Assembly (NCBI RefSeq): GCF_000150275.1
Contig: NW_002060962.1
Span: 372,001 to 436,000, forward strand
Source: Trichoplax adhaerens
Lineage: Eukaryota > Animalia > Placozoa
Length of the DNA: 64,000 bases
Direction of reading: 5' to 3'
The position numbers were made by a program, and so were the translations under genes. Positions 28,080-39,766 of this stretch are shown one piece after another. The notes under the pieces were generated by a model. That model was not told the DNA's origin. It did not search any database and saw only the letters and a list, made by a program, of their open reading frames with translations. Position 1 is the stretch's first letter; the number at the start of each line of letters is the position of its first letter.

Positions 28080-28510
28080 TCCTTAAATGGAGTAAAAACG
28101 CAACCTGAACCCGATCAAATTGTAAGCCGAAAATGAGTGCAATCGCTATGCTAACTCTGTATTGCCACAGAAATTCTTAACCGGAATCCCGTCCTCGAGT
28201 CGGGTTTCGGGGTTAACTTTTAAAGGACACTGCTTGAGCCTTTCCATATTGGTGAATGATTAATGTAATAAATCTCATGTTATCCATATATGGTCAAAGG
28301 AACAATTTGCATCATTAACTGATTGATAAATACAGTACACTTGATTATCTTGAGGCATCGTCAATTGTCATAGAAGTAACAGAAAAAATAAAAATAAAAA
28401 TTTGGTGTACGGTCAGTAAACACTAAGTAATAATAATCTATACGGCGAAGCGTGCTGAGCAAAAGCTGGATTCGACAGTACCCGTTTTACAACGGGTATT
28501 ACCAAACTAG
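28080..28510 (+). mobile_element. Putative non-autonomous Helitron-like element
   Basis: Begins A|TC (28079/28080), has a subterminal hairpin tacccgtt-ttac-aacgggta (28479-28498) and ends CTAG|T (28507-28511). Its 5' part is homologous to an inverted copy at 43.0-43.15 kb. Confidence 0.6.
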
Positions 28511-30390
28511 TATATTATAAATCTTCTTATTGTGCAGCCGCTTATCGATTTTGCAATTAGCACGGTTGCAATCCTTGATCCAGACCAAGAAAATTGACTA
28601 TTAAATGACTTCAACTCGAACAAATGCATATTACAAGCAAAAATAAAATATGATTGCTCTATAGCTTGTTTTCTGTATCCTATTATATCGTCAAATTTCG
28701 AAAATAAATTAGCATCACACAAACCTACGAGTATATTATGATACACTAAATTCTTACACGTTTAAACTAATCTAGACGTCGTTCTTCTCAGTCTCTCTGT
28801 TCACGTAAAGAAATTAATTATCACTGGGGTTAGAACTACTTTCTTCTCATAATTATCAATGAATAAGCATAGAGGTCAGTCATTAAATAAATAAATTATA
28901 ATTATTACCACACATCACATGTCAATGCTGTACGCAGGGCATAATAGCTAGCAGTCGATGTTTAATAGTGTAGCATTAGCTACAGGTGTTGGATAGCTAA
29001 CAGGTCAAAATGGTGATCAATATTTTCCCAACCAATTGCTCTAATAATTAATCGTCTAAAAGTAGATTGAGTTCTGCTTTAAAGCTATACAAGATATATA
29101 ATTTCAACCTGATTGATCAGGGTAATTATTTGTCCATACATCTGCATGATGAAATCAAATTCTTACGGTAAAGTGGTAGAAAGGTTATACATATTTATTT
29201 TAATTTTGCAAATACAATCGAGATTTAAATCGTTCGTTTGAAATTTTCAACGATTAATTAAACTGTAGTAATTAGTCTTAGAATTCATCTGAGGTAAGAT
29301 AAGGGTGGTTAGTGCCAGCGTTGATTGCAACAGTTATAGAATAAGTTACACAGCATATAGTAGCAATGTAGAAATGTGCTAAAGCTTGATTTTAGGCTTT
29401 TCTTGCATATGTCCATTAGTTCAGGTTATATATCTACTATACAAGATCTCATTTAAATCTTTTTTACTATACAACATGTTTTAGTATCTATTAACTACCG
29501 TCTAACTGTCCAAGCTAATCATCACCTAGATAGACGAAAATATATCGAAATGTAGAAAAGAAATGGTCTACTTAAGACCAAAAACATCTCACGTTTGGAT
29601 GTGAATATCTCACTTGAGTATAATACGTAACTGAATATTTTAGTCTCCAAATTCTGATTCAACGTAGCCTGCAATGGAATACGCGTAGGCGCACAATTGC
29701 ACAGCAAATTGAAATTTGGAGACCCTACGCGTGCTTTATCTTCCTGCGGCAAAACAAGAATTAAAAGATATCTGCAATAAAATAAATCTTTACAAGTATG
29801 CAATATGTTCGCAATGAACTTTTATTTTATACTTATTACTATTTAAAATTTTAGTTTGGATACTATAATGTTGTTGACCATCGGGCTTATGAACTCTAGT
29901 AGGTGCCTTCGTGGATGGAAGCTTTGGTTAAGGATCCGTTATAGATGTTTAGGTACGGACGATCAAATAACAATATGGGAGGGGAATAGAAGTACTTTGT
30001 TAAGAAGGGAAAGAGTAATAACAGATTCCTATGAACTTCGCACGTCTCGGGTTATAACTTATAATCATCTGCGAGAGCTAGCAACAATTGAGACTTAATA
30101 GAAAGATAGGAAGTGAAGTAAAGTATGCAGCGCAAAGTAACAAATCCGGAAGCTGGATTCTACTAGGATAAAGAATAGCCATGTAATAGTATACCGTAAT
30201 ATATGCTCTACAGTGTACAGCTAAAGAAGTAGCGAGAATAAATATTTTATTTAATACTACGAAGAGGGCTTAAGTAAGGCAAGTAACCTGCAAGTATACT
30301 TTCAGCAGTACAAATCTCAAAATGATACGATATTGTTATAATTATATTAATTAACAATTAACTTCAAATTCCGTATACTTGCTGATGAAG

Positions 30391-32452
30391 TTAGACCAAC
30401 ACTTCTTTACCTCGTCGACAGCGCATAGCAAGTAAGATAACCACAATGATAAATAAAGCTGCACTCACTCCAATCAAGGCGTAAGTAGCAACCTTGAAAG
30501 TCGAACTCTGTGTAACAGAGCCAGAGGGAGTAGTTACGGATTGAGTCGGAGGTTGAGTGCTAGCGGTAGGATTATTAGCTAACGTAAATTTTACATTTAA
30601 CAAATTATTAAAGAAAGCAATTTGATTACGCTTGTAATTGGTTACAGGATTATAGCCTTTGGCTGTAATAGTCAAGTAGTAAGTATTGGTATTTGTGTAT
30701 TCTGGCCAAGAAATCCTTGTAGTGGATGGATCCCTTAAGATTTAAGTAAAACAGTCGAAGTAACTCTTAGTTAGATATCTCAAGGTTCTAATACTGATGT
30801 AACTCTACTTGGACGATTTAATTTCTATTCATCGAGTTTTAAATAATCTGAACTGTATACTAGTATAGTTATATTTTATGTACAGCATCACTGAAGTCGA
30901 TCAACTACTGAGTTTTTCTTTTAAACACTACAAGATATTAATCATTCTAGCTGTAAGGTAGCAGGATTACATTGTCTAGTTCTTACCCAGTGCGTATAAA
31001 ACTTCCCCACATAGCCATCATATCTTTACTCAAATCAATTTCTGCTGAAGTAAAATTTGATAAAAAGCCGGAAGGTTTATTAACTGGATAGCCAAAGACG
31101 TAGGGTAATTCTGCACCATGACTCACACCAGTGTTAGGCATTAAATAAGCTGATTGATTTGTTCGATGAGAGAAAACATAGGTATAGGTAGGAGAATAAA
31201 TAGAATGATATCCAGCAACGAAATCCGCTGGTGCAACGAAGAGTGAATCGGTAGATAATTCTCTTAGCATATGCAAATTACTTGTTAGAGAGTTGATGTC
31301 ATTATAGTTTGTATATCTGCTAATAATAACATCTTGACCTAAATCATTATATATTCTATTAAACCAGTATTTTATAAAGCCTAAATAAGCTGGCCTAGTT
31401 ACTTGAGGAGGTACGTTTACGTAGCCATCTTGAGCTGCAATTCCCATTAGTAGGTTGCCTTTCTTAAATCGACCTGCTGCCCAAGCTTTTCTAGGATTCT
31501 CTACAATTAATTTACCGTCTACCGTAACACTAAAGAATCCGAAATCTTGAAGCAACATTGAAGAGGATGCTTTTAAAATTATTGCCACACTTAAACTACG
31601 TACACACTGAGTCACAGTAGCAACAGTAGTGCCATTACATCCTGCTTGTTTACCAAACTTCAGGAAAGCTTGACGAGCTTCTGCCATGGATTTGTAGGTA
31701 TGACTATCGAATACGGCTCCACTATGCATAATAGCATAACGAAATAATCCGTAACTGCTAGGTGCTAATACGTGAATACCTACAGAGTACGCACCAGCTG
31801 AGAATCCAGCAATAGTAACTGCTTCTTTATTACCACCAAAGTTTTCAATATTATCTTGTACCCACTTTAAAGCCATTTGTTGATCGAGTATTCCTAAGTT
31901 AGGTTGAATAGCATTATTACCGGGATTATCTTCACCAGAAGTTAGGAAACCAAACGCACCCAATCTGTAGTTCATGGAAACGACAACGATACCTTCTTTA
32001 GCTGCTAGTGTTTGCATCTTCCAACCAGCTCCAGTACCAACAATAAAACCGCCACCATGAATCCATACTAGAACGGACATGTTAGCAACAGCGACTGGTT
32101 TTGTAGTAAAAACGTTAATATATAAGCAATCTTCATTGATTTGATGTTCTGGTGTATTAGGTTGTGTTCCACCAACAGGTGTAAATTGAGGGCAAGAATT
32201 TTTATATTGGCTTCCGTTTAAAACGCCAGACCAGGCCGATGTTAACGCTTTCGGTGGCATAAAGCGTAGTGAACCGATTGGAGGTTGAACGTAAGGAATG
32301 CCCAAATAAGAATGCACTGTTGTTCCATCAATAATATCTGACTTTCCACTGATGAGGCCATTATCTGTTCTAACAGTGATTTGGCCGGAATTATTAGGCA
32401 CGAATAATGTTAAAACTAATGCTAAAAGAATCCATGAAAGATGTACTGCCAT
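30391..32452 (-). CDS. Membrane-anchored carboxylesterase 4 (exons 32452-30987, 30733-30391; ~602 aa)
   Basis: WIHGGG, GFSAG, AAQDG, GVSHGAE; intron RTG|DP (AAG acceptor); TM and tail RCRRGKEVLV. Confidence 0.9.
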
Positions 32453-32905
32453 CCTCGTTCTATCTCAAGCTTTATCTACTAAGAATCATCTGCGACTATT
32501 TTAGATATTTATTTGAGGAATAAAATTGATGTCAGTTTATTTATTTTATTTGATTGAAATTTGTTGTTGATGCCAACGCCTAATTTGGATGTCTCTATTA
32601 TAGTCTCATCTCGACTCTTTCGAAAACCACACAAGTATTCATGTTATCGTTGATGCCAGTATGGCTTATGCTACTATACTGTACTGTACTGAAAAGGAAG
32701 CAGTGGCTAAGATAGAGGAGTTTCTTGATCCTTTAGGTCCTTATAGGAAATGAGACTATCTCTCTAGTATTCTCATGAGAAATAGTATGCTAAAAGGATA
32801 AGGCAATTAGGGCATTGATAGTATTACGTGTAAGAATAGGAAAGGAAATGTATTTATGGCCCGAACCGCGAACCCAGACAGTGATATTAACAAGTCGGGA
32901 TTAGC

Positions 32906-33210
32906 GGTCAGCAAACTAGTAGAGAAGCTCGAGTGGAATATATAGTACTAATATTCATTTTTAGGTGATAAAGTTGTTTTTAAACGTTCTTTCAAGTCCC
33001 TTTCACTGTAAGTCAGAATGAGCTAGTACATTTGATTACTTCTATGCTGGTGATTGGGTAAAAAGGTGGTATGACAAGAGTACAAGGTCAGCTAACTAGT
33101 AGAGAAGCTCGAGAGTAACATATAGTACTACTATTCTTTTTAAATAATAAAGTTGCTTTTAAACGTTCTTTCAAGTCCCTTTCACTGTAAATCAGAATAA
33201 GCTAGTACGC
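32906..33210. repeat. Direct repeat, two ~125-bp copies, period ~180
   Basis: ggtcagc.aactagtagagaagctcgag...tttaaacgttctttcaagtccctttcactgtaa.tcagaat.agctagtac at ~32906 and ~33086. Confidence 0.85.
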
Positions 33211-33759
33211 TTAATCACTGTATTTATTACAGTCCTGTTCATACTATTTTTGTTTATATTTTACTTCATTTGCTTCTATGCAAGGGTAGTAACTTTCAGT
33301 ACGGTCGGTGCCAGGTATGGGTCAAGAAGTCCTGCTGACTAGAGGTAAAGGAAAAAGAGTTCCGTTGATCGATGATGTCATCGACGCCACTTGAACATGA
33401 CGTAATTCCCTCTGCATTTTGCAAATCACCAGCGGGCTGCGGTGAACCCGCGTGCTATTCTGGTATACTCTACAGTACTGTATAACGCAATATCGGTGAG
33501 AATATCCCGGGGCATAGACCACTAGAAGTATACCTGGACTGGAACTCTCCTCGGGTGGATGGACTTTTCATACTACAGGCCGCCGAAAATGTCGAAAAAT
33601 AGTTACTGAGTATGGATCTTCCCGCGTCTGTTTTCTAAATCACTCGTATCAATTGGAAATAACATTCATGATCTAAATTGACTGCTTCCAAGCAGAGCTT
33701 CTCAGATATTTCAATAAAAGTATTAATGAAATTGATTGCTATCTATAGAACCATTTTTA

Positions 33760-34050
33760 TCATACAGTTAACTATACATACAGTATACTGTCCATACAGT
33801 TAACTGAAAGATTACTTCAAAAATCTGCTTATATGCTAGATATCGGTAAAGTATCAATAAATTGATATCTTACCTATACAAGCATTTTAATACATACAGT
33901 TAACTGAAAGATTACTCCAAAAATCTGCTCATATGCTAGATATCGGTAAAGTATCAATAAATTGATATAAGTTGATACTTTACCTATCCATTTTTATACA
34001 TACAGTTAACTGAAAGATTATTCAAAAAATCTGCTCATACAGCATGCTAG
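33760..34050. repeat. Tandem repeat, ~100-bp unit, ~3 copies
   Basis: catacagttaactgaaagatta...aaaatctgct.ata at ~33792, ~33893 and ~33998. Confidence 0.85.
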
Positions 34051-34496
34051 GGGTCGGTATAAAATACAGTACAGTATTTGCTTGTTAGTTTTAGTTACAT
34101 TTTCTCCCTTTTAAAGCGTCTAAAACGAAATAAAAGACGCGGTATACCAGATCACAGGTTCTATCTTCAGAGACCATGACAGACTTTATAATGCAATTTA
34201 CAACAGTATTTTCGTATTGAGTAAAGTGTTACTCCCAGCCAGGCAACAATATTCCGCGAGCATCAGTAAAGACATTTAGTAGTAATAAAAATATTATTAA
34301 AACAGGTCATCCATGAGACGTTTTTGATACTACCATATGCTATTGAAGTAAGCAAAACGATTCCTCTTTATGAGTAGCAAATATACAAATTATCTAGTGT
34401 ATCACCAGTGAGAGTACTCCGTGTAGTGTATTCGGCAATGAGCCAGCCGAGGATCCAAGAGGTTGAAGTACGCAATGAAGAACTCAGTGCGAGAGA

Positions 34497-34792
34497 AATA
34501 GTCTTACTTATTTTAAGGAGTACTCGCGAGCATAAGAGTAGTGCAAAAACTGTTTGATTAATTAGATATAACTACGGGATACCTTTAGCTTACTGTATAC
34601 AGTAAGAAGTATGTGGTAGCGTTACAACACAGAGCGATTACCTTGGTAATAGTCTTACTTATTTTAAGGAGTACTCGCGATCATAAGAGCAGTGCAAAAA
34701 CTGATGGATTAATTATATATAACCACGGGGTAATTTTAGCTTACTTAGTAACAAGTATGTGGTAACGGTCAATACAGAGCGATTACCATGGT
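34497..34792. repeat. Tandem duplication, ~150-bp unit
   Basis: aatagtctt(t)acttattttaaggagtactcgcga.cataagag.agtgcaaaaactg...acagagcgattacc occurs twice. Confidence 0.85.
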
Positions 34793-35139
34793 GTTCGTCT
34801 ATTCAAACACAACACTAGGGTTATTTTCAAGGGAAGACAGTGGTACTATCGCTCGTTATCCTTCGTGTACTTAGTTATTGGCGTACATTACATTACTTGT
34901 ATTTTTTTTATACTTTACTGTACAACATTATAAGTACTGTTGGTTATTGACAAGATAACCAAAAATAGAAGGTATTTTTATAGTGTGAACTATTGCATCT
35001 TTAGATAAGATGATCGGCTTGTGCCACTAGTACGATGAGCAAATATATAGTTACATGTCGGCACATGTCAATAGAGAGGAGGTCACGATTACGGTTTAAT
35101 ATTGATATTGAAAAAATTTATTTATTTTGTAAACCTTAT

Positions 35140-35450
35140 AGAAGGTATCAAAAATAATTTTCTAACGCTAAAATAAGGAAAAAGACAAGTTCCTTCATGC
35201 ATATTTAACTATGCAATATATATTGTCTTTTTGTAAACGGTTAAAAAAGGTATCATTAATATATTTCTAACGCTACAAAAAGGAAAAAAGGCAAATTCCC
35301 TTTAGGACATTTAACTATACAACTCTTAAAATAGCATTATCTTTGCAAATGTTTAAAAAAAGGTATCAAAAATAAATTTCTAACACTACAAAAAGGAAAA
35401 AGACAAGTTTCTTCAGTGACGTTTAATTATGTAGCTCTTAAAATTAAAAT
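35140..35450. repeat. Degenerate tandem repeat, ~105-bp unit, 3 copies
   Basis: aaggtatca...tttctaac.cta.aa.aaggaaaaa at ~35143, ~35247 and ~35360. Confidence 0.75.
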
Positions 35451-35965
35451 AGCACCATCTCTTATTAAACATTCGATCTTGCTCCGAATGAGTGATTTGG
35501 TATTTAGGATAGTCTATGTACCCGCTAAGGTTGATCTATGTGTTGATAGTTAGCACAGACGTGTATGCATCGTATAATGGTTCTATGTCGTTACTGACTA
35601 AGAATGCGATCCATGGAGTAAAACTTAACAAAATGATTTTTCTGGCTATAATTGTTAGTCCTATAATGATAATAAAATCGCAACTATGACTACAGTATTA
35701 TTATATGTTTATTCGGTGCATTTTTCTACTTATCTGTGAAATCAGCTGAGCAAGAAATTCACCCTCTAGACCAATACTTCTTTACTACGCCGACAACGCA
35801 TTGCAAGTAAGATAACCACAATGATAAATAAACCTGCACTCACTCCAATCAAGGCGTAAGTAGCAACCTTGAAAGTCGAACTCTGTATAACAGAGCCGGA
35901 GGGAGTAGTTACGGATTGAGTCGGAGATTGAGTTGGAGATTGAGTGCTAGCGGTAGGATTATTAA

Positions 35966-37814
35966 CTAACGTAAATTTTTGTTTAACAAATTATTAAAGA
36001 AAGCAATTTGATTACGCTTGTAATTGGTTACAGGATTATAGCCTTTGGCTGTAATAGTCAAGTAGTAAGTACTGGTACTTGTGTATTCTGGCCAAGAAAT
36101 CCTTGTAGTGGATGGATCCCTTAAGATTTAAGTAAAACAGTCGAAGTAACTATTAGTTATATAACATATAAGTTGTAAAATTGATATAACTGCATTTTGG
36201 ACGATTTAATTTCTATTCATCGAGTTTTAAATAATCTGAATTGTATACTAATGTACTGCAGTAATTTCTTTACAGTATAACTGAAGTCGATCAACTACTG
36301 AGTTTTTCTTTTAAACACTACAAGATATTAATCATTCTAGTTATAAGATGGAAAATTACATGATCCAGTACTTACCCAGTGCGTATAAAATTTCCCCACA
36401 TAGCCATCATATCTTTACTCAAATCAATTTCTGCAGAACTAAAATTTGATAAAAAGCCGAAAGGCTTATTGACTGGATAGCCAAAGATGTAGGGTAGTTC
36501 TACGCCATGAGTCGCACCATTCTTAGGTTTAAAATAGGCTGATTGATTTGTTCGATGAGAGAAAACATAGGTATAAGTAGGTGAATAAGCAGAATGATGT
36601 CCGGCAACGAAATCAGCGGGTGCAAGGAAGAGTGAATCAGTAGTTAATTCCGCTAACATGAGCCAATTACTTGTTAGAGAATTGATGTTTTCTTTGTAAT
36701 TTGTGTATCGGTTGATAGTAACATCTTGTCCTAAATCATTATATACTCCAGTAAGCGAGGCTTTTATAAGGCCTACAAACACTGGTCTATTTACATAAGA
36801 AGGTATGAGTGAGTAGCCATCTTGAGCTGAAGTTCCTATTAGTAGATTGGCTTTCTTAAATCGACCTGCTGCCCAAGCTTTTCTAGGATTCTCTGCAATT
36901 AATTTACCGTCTACGGTAATACCAAAAAATCCGCCATTCGTTAACAATAATGAAGCGGATGCTTTTAAAATTGCTGCCACACTTAAACTACGTACACACT
37001 GAGTCACAGCAGCAATAGTAGTGCCATTACATCCTGCTTGTTTGCCAAACTTCAGGAAAGCTTGACGAGCTTCTGCCATGGAATTATAGATAAAGCCATC
37101 GAGCATGGCTCCACTTTGCATAATAGTATAACGATATAGATCGTAGCTACTAGGCATTATTGAGTGAATTCCTACGGAGAATGAACCAGCTGAGAACCCA
37201 GCAACAGTAACCGCTTCTTTATTACCGCCAAAGTTTTCAATATTGTCTTGTACCCACCTTAAAGCCATTTGTTGGTCGAGTATTCCTAAATTAGGTTGAA
37301 TAGCATCATTACCGGGATTATCTTCACCAGATGTCAGGAAACCCAAGGCACCCAATCTGTAGTTCATGGAGACAATAACGATACCTTCTTTAGCTGCTAG
37401 TGTTTGCATCTTCCAAAAAGATCCACTACCACTAATGAAACCGCCTCCATGAATCCATACCAGAACGGACATATTAGCAGTAACGACTGGTCTTGTAGTG
37501 AAAACGTTAACATGTAAGCAATCTTCATTCAAATTAACACTTAGGCGTTGAGGGCAAGAACTTTTATATCGGCTTGCGTTTAAAACGCCAGACCAAGCGG
37601 ATGTTAAAGCTTTCGGTGGCATAAAGCGTAATGGGCCGATTGGAGGTTGAACGTAAGGAATGCCCAAATAGGAATGAACTGTTGTTCCATCAATTATCTC
37701 TGAGTTTCCTCTAATGAGACCTTTATCTGTTCTAACAATGATTTGGCCGGAACTATTAGGCACAAATAATATTAAAACTAGTGCTGAAAGAATCCATGAA
37801 AGGTGTACTGCCAT
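35966..37814 (-). CDS. Carboxylesterase 5, recent paralog of copy 4; as assembled it is truncated before the TM (exons 37814-36376, 36119-35966; ~530 aa). An out-of-frame TM/tail remnant continues to 35766
   Basis: Intact GFSAG, SAQDG and GATHGVE. Exon 2 reads ...FFNNLLNKNLR* because it is 1 nt shorter than copy 4 (AACAAAAATTTACG vs AATGTAAAATTTACG). Confidence 0.8.
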
Positions 37815-39231
37815 CCTCGTTTTTATTTGAAATGTCGAACAATCGTTTCCAACTATTCTAAATGCTTATATAAGGGTAAGGGAGGACCTGGTGTTAATTT
37901 ACTCGATCAACAATGAAAAATACACTTAGTTAGTGAGCACTTTGGAGCAATAAGCCTAGGAAAGTAGCGGTACTAATGGCATACCATAAATAGGGCTACT
38001 AAAAATGACTATCAGAAATACCTCCAGTACACAGCCAACAGTCAGTTTAATTAACTAACAACAAACGACAAGCAAGGGATTGCAAAGTTGGTTTTGTGCA
38101 GTATGGTATACCGCTTCATTAGTACCGTATAGTAGAATGAACAAGAAAATGACAAGCCTCCACTTTAATTAAGGCAGAAAGTAAGTTTCCCGTTCCTCCC
38201 TTAAATTTCTAATAGCCACTGCTATAGTAATGATGATGACGTAAAGACTATTTAGCTCTACAATATATGATGTCAGGTGATCAAGAACAACAATTTCTAA
38301 TAATGGAGGAACAGCAAGTCATCCTGACCTCGGTAGAAACTTAGTTTGACCTCTATTATGCCTCCATATTGGAAGGACTGGCTATATACCATGAGCGAGG
38401 TATAAAAGGATGTTGCGATATAGATCGAAAATAGAAACGGCATAATGTCATCTACTGTATATTATGACAAAAGTAAACAAATTATGCAATCGAATTGGGT
38501 GATAGTATAGAACATTCCTATGATAGCTCTACCATACCTCTACATTGGATGGACTGACTGCATGTCACGAAGAGCTATAAGAAAAAAAAGCGTTGGGATT
38601 TACATTAAAAATCAAAAGGGGTGCAAAGCAATCAATATTATGACAACATAAACAAATTTATGTAATTGAATTCAATGATATTATAGAATATTTCTATGAT
38701 AGCAATTTGGCACGGAAGTGTATTCCATTAAATTGATGAAAATTTAGGAGACGAGATAGTGAACTCGATGAGCTGTTTACGACCAGTTTTGCGATCACAT
38801 GGTCACAATGCAATTCTATTCACACCTACCATTCAAGGAAATCTGATGATGTCATTTTAGGATATAAATCAATTCATGGCTTTTCTTTTTACTTTACTCC
38901 ATCTCTATCGCATGGAACATCTATGGACTGCCTGTCAGGAATGATACACTACCATAGTTAATTACATCTACAGGTTATTATGCTAATAACGTTGCTGCTG
39001 CATGTTTACAAAGTCAGCAAGATGGTACGTTTCTTTGCGTTGCGCTCAATGGATTTTGAATTAACATGAAATAGTTTGACTTAGTTATAGATCATCGTGG
39101 ATACCGACAATTGGCTATTTTAAGCTTGGTAAAATCTTGATATCGATTATAACAGGCCTCATTCGTGCAATGGACAACAAAATTTTTATTAACGGAAGTT
39201 TTATTTCTAGGCCTTAATGTTCAGCAAGCAT

Positions 39232-39551
39232 CAGTTACTAGAACAAAGAAGCAATATAATATGAACACAGATCATAGAATGAGGTTTTACTGATGTTGCA
39301 ATGTTATCATTGCCAACGCACAAGAAGAAGAGCCAAGTTCTAGTTGTATCTAATTAAATTAAAAATCATTTCTTCACACCCAATAATAATACAGTTACTA
39401 GAATAAAGAAGGAATATAATATGAACACAGATCATAGAATGAGGTTTTACTGATGTTGCAATGTTATCATTACCAACGCACAAGAAGAAGAGCCAAGTTC
39501 TAGTTGTATCTAATTAAATTAAAAATCATTTCTTCACACCCAATAATAATA
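39232..39551. repeat. Near-perfect 160-bp tandem duplication
   Basis: cagttactagaa.aaagaag.aatataatatgaacacag...cttcacacccaataataata at 39232 and 39392, with ~3 mismatches. Confidence 0.95.
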
Positions 39552-39766
39552 CGTATGTTACGTATTATTGATAGGCTCAAATTTTCATCTCCAGTAAACA
39601 ATGTCAAAGTAAAGGTAGATTGTCAACCCACTTTTAATATATTAATTTACTCTTAGCACTTTTGACAGAAGCTACTTTATCATCTGTAATACTGTATTAG
39701 CACTAATAATTGTCAATAGTTAAAAGATTCCACTTCAAATTAAACTTCTAACTTGCACTAATAAAC

